In this document: one piece after another, positions 1 to 6,845 of the stretch | Numbering within the stretch: position 1 is the stretch's first letter | How the letters are laid out: the number at the start of each line of letters is the position of its first letter | Assembly (NCBI GenBank): GCA_041740355.1 | Contig: JBGSMD010000032.1 | Coordinates: 1 to 16,014 of the forward strand | Reading direction: 5' to 3' | From: Bdellovibrionota bacterium | Lineage (GTDB): Bacteria > Bdellovibrionota_C > UBA2361 > CALJRW01 | DNA length: 16,014 bases | Notes under the pieces: generated by a model | Told to the model about the DNA's origin: nothing | The model's input: only the letters and a program-made list of their open reading frames with translations | The model's database searches: none | Made by a program: the position numbers and the translations under genes

Positions 1-249
1 ATCTAAGTCGATGACGGTAGAGACGAAAATTGCCGGATCAAAAGACCTTCTTTTAATTAATTCTACTTTTTCAGTAGTTGTTAAATTTAAGTATGCTTTA
101 ATGGTAAAATTAATTTCTACTAATACTTCTCCCGGTTGGTCATTAATAATATTTGTAATCATTCCATAAATCGGATAAGTCTCTCCAACTTTAACACCCC
201 CATGCTCAATGCTCAGGCCATATTTTGATAAGAAACTTTCATTATTCAT
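1..249 (-). CDS. Hypothetical protein, 3' end runs off the window
   Basis: Not in the ORF track. ATG at 249 preceded by GGAG; open for 83 codons to base 1: MNNESFLSKYGLSIEHGGVKVGETYPIYGMITNIINDQPGEVLVEINFTIKAYLNLTTTEKVELIKRRSFDPAIFVSTVIDLD. Confidence 0.8.
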   Translation of the reverse strand, partial: MNNESFLSKYGLSIEHGGVKVGETYPIYGMITNIINDQPGEVLVEINFTIKAYLNLTTTEKVELIKRRSFDPAIFVSTVIDLD

Positions 250-273
250 AAATTACTCCGTAGGAAGTGAAAA

Positions 274-303
274 TCTGGAAGATGCTCTGAACAATCTTCC
301 AGA
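274..303 (-). terminator. Hairpin downstream of mnmE, possible intrinsic terminator
   Basis: Perfect 10-bp inverted repeat TCTGGAAGAT (274-283) / ATCTTCCAGA (294-303), followed on the minus strand by TTTTCACTT. Confidence 0.5.
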
Positions 304-389
304 AGTTTAACTTTTTTGGTTTACATTGACTAGTCAGTATTATCGAAGGAATTGCTTCTACAGTTGCTGGAGATTTATCTGGGAAGTGT

Positions 390-1754
390 TTACTTACCTA
401 TGCAAAACTTGCTGAATATCCGTCCCAAAAGGTCCTCCGTATCAATTCCACCGACTATTTCGGAAAGGAAATTAATAGCTTGGCGTAGTTCAGCACTGAC
501 AATCTCCAAATGTGTAACATCGTGGAATAAGCTTTCACACTGGCTTAGGGAATCAAAAGACTGTTGAAAAGCATGTTTTTGGCGCTCATTAGTTATGATC
601 ATACTACCAGCAGTGTGGTCAAAGTTGGTATCCTGAACGGTTAAAACTAATTCTTGCTGTAATTTATCAACTCCCAGTTTGTTAATTGTAGAGATTGCTA
701 AGTTTTTCGTAGTTAAATTTTTATTCTGATTAGAATCTAAATCAATCTTATTAAAAATAATCCAGTAATTTGCCTTTCGTTCTTCTAGGATTTTAATTAA
801 CGGCTGACTCGCCTTGAGGCCTACTTGAGAATCTACAACCAAGAGAATTAGATTAGCCCAAGTAATTTTTTCTAATGCAAGTTCTATGCCAATCTTCTCT
901 ACCGAATCTTGCGTTTCGGTAATTCCTGCCGAATCACAAAATACAAATTGATAGCCGGCAATTAAACAATTCTCTTCAATTAGATCGCGAGTCGTCCCGG
1001 AGATCTCAGTAACTATTGCCCGCTCTCTTCCCAGCAGAGTATTTAATAAACTTGATTTTCCAGCATTGGGTAAGCCACACAGTAAAACTTTATAGCCGTC
1101 TTTAATTACCTGCCCATAATCAAAAGTTCCTAAGATTTGTGAAATCTTACCTTTAGCAACACTTAGCTTCGCCAGCATTGTTTCTAATTGATCGGGATGA
1201 ATATCTTCTTCGGGAAAATCAAGGTGCGCTTCAATTTCCGCTAAGACATCTTTTAGTGGTTCTCCAATATTTTCAATAACAGTACTAAATTTTCCACTGA
1301 GTTGTTGATTGGCAATTATTAATGCTTGCTCATTACTTGCAGAAATTAAATCTCCCACGGCTTCGGCTTGTAGCAGATCAATCTTACCATTTTCGAAGGC
1401 GCGCCGAGTAAACTCACCGGCTTCCGCCATGGTAGCACCATGCCTTAATAAAACATTTAAAACTTTTTGAGCCAGTACGGGACTTCCATGAAGTTGTAAT
1501 TCAAAAAGATCTTCCCCGGTAAAGCTTGCTGGATTTTTAAAAAAAACAGCCATCCCTTGATCTAAAGTTTGATTTGTTAGCGGATCAATTATCTTACCAA
1601 AGAATAATTTGCGGGGCTCACTTAGTGGAGAAATGCTGGACTTAAAAATTAGATCTAAAATTACCGAGGCATCAGGCCCAGAGACTCTAACTATCGCAAC
1701 GCCTGCTGGTGCTGGTGCTGTGGCAAGGGCAGCGATAGTTAAATGCGATCTCAT
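390..1754 (-). CDS. mnmE: tRNA uridine-34 modification GTPase MnmE (TrmE)
   Basis: N-terminal TIAALAT..GVAIVRVSG, SFTGED, GEFTRRAFENGKIDL, G1 GLPNAGKSS, G2 GTTRD, G3 DSAG, G4 NKID, C-terminal FSKFCIGK. Confidence 0.98.
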   Translation of the reverse strand: MRSHLTIAALATAPAPAGVAIVRVSGPDASVILDLIFKSSISPLSEPRKLFFGKIIDPLTNQTLDQGMAVFFKNPASFTGEDLFELQLHGSPVLAQKVLNVLLRHGATMAEAGEFTRRAFENGKIDLLQAEAVGDLISASNEQALIIANQQLSGKFSTVIENIGEPLKDVLAEIEAHLDFPEEDIHPDQLETMLAKLSVAKGKISQILGTFDYGQVIKDGYKVLLCGLPNAGKSSLLNTLLGRERAIVTEISGTTRDLIEENCLIAGYQFVFCDSAGITETQDSVEKIGIELALEKITWANLILLVVDSQVGLKASQPLIKILEERKANYWIIFNKIDLDSNQNKNLTTKNLAISTINKLGVDKLQQELVLTVQDTNFDHTAGSMIITNERQKHAFQQSFDSLSQCESLFHDVTHLEIVSAELRQAINFLSEIVGGIDTEDLLGRIFSKFCIGK

Positions 1755-1763
1755 AAATACATT

Positions 1764-3521
1764 TTAAAGCAGAGTAAGGATGTATCCAATAGCAAACACA
1801 ACTAATCCAGAAACAAGCGTGGCTGGTAAAGCTTGGATATTACGCTCCGTTCTTAAAGCATATTGCTGAATGATCGACATAATATTATTGACCAACCAGT
1901 AAAGTACTAAGCCCGACGGGAATGGCATAATTATGAACATCACTGTAAACATCACTGGCATCATGTACATAATTTTTTTCTGATTAGCATCTGCTGTGGA
2001 AGGCATGGTAACAGTTTGCAAAAACATACTACCACCCATGAGGAGAATCATAACTGGAACTGGAATTCCAAAAATAACCAAGTTCTCCGGCATCGACAAA
2101 TCATTAATCCAGAGTGCGTAATCAGCATGTCTTAAATAAATTGAACTTTGCAAAGCATTATACATTCCTAAAAAGATTGGCATCTGCAAAATCATTGGTA
2201 AGCAACCACCTAAAGGATTAACTCCATTTTGTTGATAAATTTTCAACATCTCTTGCTGAACAACTGCCGGATCTTTTATCCGCTCACGCAAAGCGACAAC
2301 TTGAGGTTGAATTTTTTGCATCGCCTGCATCGAAAGAAAACTTTTTTTAGTAAGCGGTAACAGTAGCAGCTTCATTAAGATTGTAACCAAGATGATTGCC
2401 AAACCGTAGTTGCCCATTATCGAATAAAAGAATTCAATTAGCTTCAGAATTGGTTGCCCAACAAAAGCAAACCATCCCAAATCAATTGCGCGGTAAAGAT
2501 CATGACCAACTTCGGTTAAAACCTTCGGGTCTTTTGGTCCAACATAAATTTGGAAATTACCTTTCTGCGGTTCTCCTGCAATTGACATTTCAATTAAGGA
2601 ACCACCATCAGCTTGTTTCTCAACTTGTTGATTAACATTCCTTACCCCGTCTGGCGAAAGAATCGTTGCCATGAAATAGCTATCTCCCATTCCAGAAAGA
2701 TCACTTGAGCTTTGAAGTATCTTATTACTACCATCAAGCTGATCTCTAGATATTCCACCAGTATCCTTACGATGAAATAAAGTCTTAAAGTTGTAACGCC
2801 CCTTAAAGAAAGCCTCTGGCAGGTAAGTATTCCAATGTATTTTTAAGGAAGAACCATCTGCTGAAGGCCTTGCTAGCTCAGTTGATAGAGTGAATAGATA
2901 AGAGTCCGCATCAAAAGAAAAGTTTTTAGTAGATTGATTACCATCCGGTAATGTTCCTAACAAACTAAAGCTAAGCTTTTCTCCCGCATTAAGTAAAAAA
3001 CTTTTCTGACTTAAATCTGTACCAGTAGAAACGCCCCGAATTGTATAAAGTGAATACTCATCACTGGCACTCTCTGTAGTTAACCCAAGAGGTAAATACT
3101 TCCCTTCCGTTTTAACCATCTCTACTAGCTCTTTTCCACCGGCTTCTTTTTTATAATTCTTAAGTTGGAAGCTAAGTAGTCGTCCACCAAGTAAGCCTAC
3201 TTTGGCGATATACAAATCAGACTCAATCGTGATTGTTTCAGCGTTTCGATAATCAGCAGCTGAAACAGTTTTAGCAGCAACCACAGGTTCTGTTTGATCT
3301 GCGGCAACTAATGGAGCCGAACCCTCAACAGGATTAGTAATAATCGTTACTGGCTTTTCTGCTGGAGCATTAGCAACAACTGGGGGTGTCGCCGTTTGCG
3401 GAGGAACAACTTGTGGCGCAGTTGGAGTTTGAAAGACACTAGTCCAAGTAAAAATTACTAAAATTGATAGGAAGATTGCAATCGCCGATCTTCTTTCTTC
3501 GCTCATCTTATTTGTTGACAT
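1764..3521 (-). CDS. yidC: Membrane protein insertase YidC
   Basis: N-terminal TM, large periplasmic domain, YVGPKD, IDLGWF, GNYGLAII, NPLGGCLPMILQMPIF, WINDLS, PSGLVLYW; position next to yidD and mnmE. Confidence 0.98.
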   Translation of the reverse strand: MSTNKMSEERRSAIAIFLSILVIFTWTSVFQTPTAPQVVPPQTATPPVVANAPAEKPVTIITNPVEGSAPLVAADQTEPVVAAKTVSAADYRNAETITIESDLYIAKVGLLGGRLLSFQLKNYKKEAGGKELVEMVKTEGKYLPLGLTTESASDEYSLYTIRGVSTGTDLSQKSFLLNAGEKLSFSLLGTLPDGNQSTKNFSFDADSYLFTLSTELARPSADGSSLKIHWNTYLPEAFFKGRYNFKTLFHRKDTGGISRDQLDGSNKILQSSSDLSGMGDSYFMATILSPDGVRNVNQQVEKQADGGSLIEMSIAGEPQKGNFQIYVGPKDPKVLTEVGHDLYRAIDLGWFAFVGQPILKLIEFFYSIMGNYGLAIILVTILMKLLLLPLTKKSFLSMQAMQKIQPQVVALRERIKDPAVVQQEMLKIYQQNGVNPLGGCLPMILQMPIFLGMYNALQSSIYLRHADYALWINDLSMPENLVIFGIPVPVMILLMGGSMFLQTVTMPSTADANQKKIMYMMPVMFTVMFIIMPFPSGLVLYWLVNNIMSIIQQYALRTERNIQALPATLVSGLVVFAIGYILTLL

Positions 3522-3610
3522 ACTTATTATTTTTGCAAAACTGTAAACTCAGCAATTCACTGAAAATCTTACCTTAACTCGAATTATTAACATTATAACT
3601 AGAAAGATAT

Positions 3611-3886
3611 CTATTTCCCTTTAGTCTCTGCTGAATTCTGAGGAGCAACTGGATCTAAACCAAAATGTTTCGAGTATGGATGGCACTTTGACAAACGTTT
3701 AATAGCCATCCAACCCCCCTTAATCCACCCGTGAAGGTCTATTGCTTGATAGGCATAGTCAGAACAACTCGGATCGAATCTACAATTATTTCCAAGGAGA
3801 GGAGATACTCCGAACTTATACAATTTATAGAGAATATTTAAAATAGTGTGGGAGATAATTCTGCTAAATTTCAAAGCATTACTCAC
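3611..3886 (-). CDS. yidD: Membrane protein insertion efficiency factor YidD
   Basis: SPLLGNNCRFDPSCSDYA..HG..KG..KRLSKCHP with three conserved Cys; GTG start overlaps the rnpA stop (GTGA). Confidence 0.96.
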   Translation of the reverse strand: MSNALKFSRIISHTILNILYKLYKFGVSPLLGNNCRFDPSCSDYAYQAIDLHGWIKGGWMAIKRLSKCHPYSKHFGLDPVAPQNSAETKGK

Positions 3887-4260
3887 ATTAATTTAGTAGA
3901 GTCAGAAGAAAACTTCTTAGCATAGGCTAAAGCTTTGAGGAGGTTATTCTCAATTTGCAGATAACTACTGTCCTTAGCTGCCTGCTTAGCAATCACAACA
4001 ATGTCTACAGCACTAATTTTATTTTGATTTAAACGAAAGATCTCGCGAATTTGACGTTTGATTTTATTGCGCACGACCGCTTTCTTCGAAACTTTTTTAC
4101 TGACAATTATTCCTAATCGTGGATACGAAAGATTATTATCCAAATAATAGATTATTAAGCTTTTGGAAAAAAGTTTATGGGAAGATTCGCGAACTTTATG
4201 AAAGTCACTTGAAGTGCGCAGACGCCTTTCCTTAGGGAAAGAGAATGTCTCCACACTCAT
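3883..4260 (-). CDS. rnpA: Ribonuclease P protein component
   Basis: FPKERRLR, RLGIIVSKKV, KAVVRNKIKRQIRE (RNR-type motif), DIVVIAK. Start moved from 4338 to ATG 4260 (AGGA upstream) because the longer ORF overlaps rpmH. Confidence 0.96.
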   Translation of the reverse strand: MSVETFSFPKERRLRTSSDFHKVRESSHKLFSKSLIIYYLDNNLSYPRLGIIVSKKVSKKAVVRNKIKRQIREIFRLNQNKISAVDIVVIAKQAAKDSSYLQIENNLLKALAYAKKFSSDSTKLM

Positions 4261-4270
4261 TGTTCCTAAA

Positions 4271-4432
4271 TTATCGGTAATGACCTTTTCTTGGAGTAGT
4301 GATTGCAATCTGAGCACGTCCTTTCTTGCGACGAGCATTTAAAATTGCCTTGCCACCTTTAGTGCTCATGCGTTTTCTAAAACCACTAGTAGTTCTCTTT
4401 GGCTTATTGTGAGGTTGAAATGTTCTTTTCAT
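4271..4432 (-). CDS. rpmH: 50S ribosomal protein L34 (53 aa)
   Basis: Not in the ORF track. Manual translation MKRTFQPHNKPKRTTSGFRKRMSTKGGKAILNARRKKGRAQIAITTPRKGHYR matches the bL34 pattern and lies directly upstream of rnpA. Confidence 0.97.
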   Translation of the reverse strand: MKRTFQPHNKPKRTTSGFRKRMSTKGGKAILNARRKKGRAQIAITTPRKGHYR

Positions 4433-4456
4433 AGTGTTTACTTATAACAGAGGGCT

Positions 4457-4485
4457 TTTATAATGATTTTTGATAATTAAATCAA
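4457..4485 (-). promoter_or_regulatory. Candidate sigma70 promoter for the rpmH operon
   Basis: TTGATT (4485-4480), 17-nt spacer, TATAAA (4462-4457), 24 nt upstream of the rpmH ATG. AT-rich background makes a chance match possible. Confidence 0.35.
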
Positions 4486-4514
4486 GTTTTAGCCAAAAAT
4501 CCTAAAATTACAGC

Positions 4515-5204
4515 TTATTTTAAGATTTCAATTAATTCTACATCAAAAACAAGTACCGAGTTACCTGGAATACTTGGACGATCTTGCTCTCCGTAAGCTA
4601 ATGCTGCTGGAATAAACAATTTAAGCTTCCCACCAGGCTTAACTAACTGTAGACCTTCCGTCCAACCCGGAATTACTTGATTTAAACCAAAAGTAGCTGG
4701 TTCTCCTCTTTTATATGAGCTATCAAATTCTGTCCCATCGATTAAAGTTCCCGCATAATGAACTTTAACTTGCTGTTCTGGCTTAGGAGCTTCCCCAGTT
4801 CCCTCTTTCACAATAATATATTGTAATCCAGATGCCGTAGTTTTGACTCCTTCTTTGACTTTATTAGCATCTAGAAAGTCTTGGCCTTTTTTTAAATTTG
4901 CCTGCCCCTCAGCCGCACGAGCAGCCATTTGATCAGTATGCCACTTCTTCAAGAGTGTTCTTCCTTCTTCCTCTGTTACCAGAGCTGGTCGACCTGCTAA
5001 CACATCAGAGATGGCCATTTGTAAACTGGCAGAATCAATTGAGCTAAACTCGCCTTGAGCCTTAATGCTCATGCCAACTTGCTGTCCAAGGACATAACTA
5101 ATTTTCTTTTGTTCGGTATCTAGTGGGGATTTTTCAGCTTTCAAAGAATATACTCCAATAAAAATAACAGCGCAGAGTGGGAAAAGGTAAGCAATGTTTT
5201 TCAT
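4515..5204 (-). CDS. fkpA: FKBP-type peptidyl-prolyl cis-trans isomerase, FkpA/Mip family, exported
   Basis: Signal-peptide-like MKNIAYLFPLCAVIFIGVYSLKA from ATG 5204, KISYVLG N-domain, TASGLQY, VKVHYAGTLIDGTEFDSS, VIPGWTEGLQL, IPAALAYG, LVFDVEL. Confidence 0.93.
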   Translation of the reverse strand: MKNIAYLFPLCAVIFIGVYSLKAEKSPLDTEQKKISYVLGQQVGMSIKAQGEFSSIDSASLQMAISDVLAGRPALVTEEEGRTLLKKWHTDQMAARAAEGQANLKKGQDFLDANKVKEGVKTTASGLQYIIVKEGTGEAPKPEQQVKVHYAGTLIDGTEFDSSYKRGEPATFGLNQVIPGWTEGLQLVKPGGKLKLFIPAALAYGEQDRPSIPGNSVLVFDVELIEILK

Positions 5205-5416
5205 AATTAGCCTTAAATGGGTGTTCAACTGAAGACATAATAAGTAATTTTTGTCTGAAAGGCAAAGGGTCACACAATCAATTATTTTTTTTGTGCTTAT
5301 AGCTAATTTTTGCCCGAGTACTTAAGACCCACCAAACTTTACCAATAAACCTTTAAAACTCTTTGAATAGCAGGAGAAATTTGCATAATAACGCTTACTA
5401 TCATAAATATCAGCTC

Positions 5417-6472
5417 ATGAAGGATTCTATTATTTCGGATTTAAACATCATTTCTAGACGTACACTTCCTGCACCAGAGTTAATCATAAACAAACACCCC
5501 TTAACTGAAGGCGCCAGAGAAACCGTTGCTAAAACTCGTGAGCAAATTAAAGCCATCTTGGAAGGTAAAGACGCGCGACGCTTTGTCGTAATTGGCCCTT
5601 GTTCCATTCATGATCCAATTGCTGCTATCGAATATGCTAAACGCTTAAAAAACTTAGCTGATGAAGTAGCAGACACTTTTCTTTTAGTAATGAGAACTTA
5701 TTTTGAAAAACCAAGAACAAGCGTTGGTTGGAAAGGTTATATTAACGATCCTTACTTAAATGGTTCTTTCCTAATCGAAGAAGGCTTACAAGAAGCGCGT
5801 AAACTATTAATGACAATTAATGATTTGGGATTGCCTGTTGCGACAGAAGCACTAGATCCAATCACCCCACAATACTTAGATGATCTATTTTCTTGGACGG
5901 CAATCGGTGCACGGACAACGGAAAGCCAAACACACCGTGAAATGGCTAGTGGTCTCTCCGCCCCTGTTGGTTTTAAGAATACAACTGATGGAAGTGTAAC
6001 TCCGGTAATTAATGCACTAAAGGCAGTCCGCAACTCGCATCATTTTATTGGGATCAATAAACAAGGTCAGTGTAGTGTTTTTCAAACAGCTGGAAATCCT
6101 CACGCTCATATAGTCTTGCGTGGTGGAGCAAAACCAAACTACGATTCTGATTGCATTAAGGCTTGCGAAGCGCAATTAGCAAGTAACGGGGTTTCCACTC
6201 ACATCATGGTAGATTGTAGTCATGGAAATTCCAATAAAGATGCGGCTAATCAACCAAAAGTTTTTGCAGATTGTATCAATCAAATTCTAAATGGCAACCA
6301 AACAATTAGATCTTTCATGGTGGAGAGCAATCTAAACTTTGGGGCTCAAGCAATTCCTGACGATCTGGCGGAACTAAAATATGGCGTTAGCGTAACCGAT
6401 GCCTGCATTGACTGGGAGACAACAGAAACAATGTTAAGAACTGCTCGTGAACAGCTTAAATCAAATAGCTAA
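5417..6472 (+). CDS. aroF: 3-deoxy-7-phosphoheptulonate (DAHP) synthase, class Ia (AroF/G/H type)
   Basis: IGPCSIHD, YFEKPRTSVGWKG, IGARTTESQTHRE, PVGFKN, LRGG, VDCSHGNS, YGVSVTDACIDW. ATG 5417 lines up with typical family N-termini. Feedback specificity (F/G/H) cannot be determined. Confidence 0.95.
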   Translation: MKDSIISDLNIISRRTLPAPELIINKHPLTEGARETVAKTREQIKAILEGKDARRFVVIGPCSIHDPIAAIEYAKRLKNLADEVADTFLLVMRTYFEKPRTSVGWKGYINDPYLNGSFLIEEGLQEARKLLMTINDLGLPVATEALDPITPQYLDDLFSWTAIGARTTESQTHREMASGLSAPVGFKNTTDGSVTPVINALKAVRNSHHFIGINKQGQCSVFQTAGNPHAHIVLRGGAKPNYDSDCIKACEAQLASNGVSTHIMVDCSHGNSNKDAANQPKVFADCINQILNGNQTIRSFMVESNLNFGAQAIPDDLAELKYGVSVTDACIDWETTETMLRTAREQLKSNS

Positions 6473-6579
6473 TTAAAGATCAAGTGTTAGAGGCAATAAG
6501 ATTTCGCACGGCAATTGCTTAGCATTCTAAAATCCATATACTCCAGCTAGATTTAATAGTTATTCCTCCTTGGAATATA

Positions 6580-6659
6580 GTAATGACAAGAAATCATTTA
6601 CTGCCTCCCTAGCCGAAGCTTCTGCGAAGGCTAGTTAGTAAATTGAACAGAGTCATTAC
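6580..6659. repeat. Interrupted 80-nt inverted repeat with a REP-like apical hairpin
   Basis: Nested pairings GTAATGAC (6580-6587) / GTCATTAC (6652-6659), ATTTACT (6596-6602) / AGTAAAT (6637-6643), CTAGCC (6609-6614) / GGCTAG (6629-6634), closing GAA-GC-TTCT-GC-GAA. Confidence 0.65.
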
Positions 6660-6660
6660 G

Positions 6661-6698
6661 GCTAATGCAAATCTTGGTTTTATCCAAGTTTGCATAGC
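6661..6698. repeat. Hairpin
   Basis: GCT-A-ATGCAAA-T-CTTGG, loop TTTTAT, CCAAG-TTTGCAT-AGC: 15 pairs with two single-base bulges, no U-tract. Confidence 0.6.
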
Positions 6699-6782
6699 TA
6701 AAAACAACTTAAATAGTGAGTCCAAGCAAAATCGTTAGTTTTTTAAAGTAATTTATTTTTTGGACTCCCTATATATACCGCT

Positions 6783-6818
6783 CCAAAAAGTAATCTCCTT
6801 AGGTAAATTACTTTTTGG
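6783..6818 (+). other. Hairpin just upstream of the 663-aa gene (terminator, attenuator or 5' stem-loop)
   Basis: Perfect 12-bp inverted repeat CCAAAAAGTAAT (6783-6794) / ATTACTTTTTGG (6807-6818), followed by GCTTTCTATCTTT, 27 nt before ATG 6846. Confidence 0.55.
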
Positions 6819-6845
6819 GCTTTCTATCTTTAGCAAATTATTCGC

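Noticed and set aside
352-567. 71-aa plus-strand ORF
   Set aside because: Antisense shadow of the mnmE 3' end with a TTG start and no recognisable motif.
2396-2635. 79-aa plus-strand ORF
   Set aside because: Lies entirely antisense within yidC.
4261-4338. N-terminal extension of RnpA in the ORF track
   Set aside because: Overlaps rpmH in another frame; ATG 4260 has an SD and gives a normal-length RnpA.
5410-6033. Minus-strand ORFs 5410-5607 and 5752-6033
   Set aside because: Antisense shadows of the DAHP synthase gene.
6487-6600. Tiny minus-strand ORFs (MDFRMLSNCRAKSYCL, MISCHYYIPRRNNY) near an AAGGAGG, considered as type I toxin or leader peptides
   Set aside because: Only 14-16 aa, not hydrophobic, and the strong SD is not correctly spaced from a start codon.
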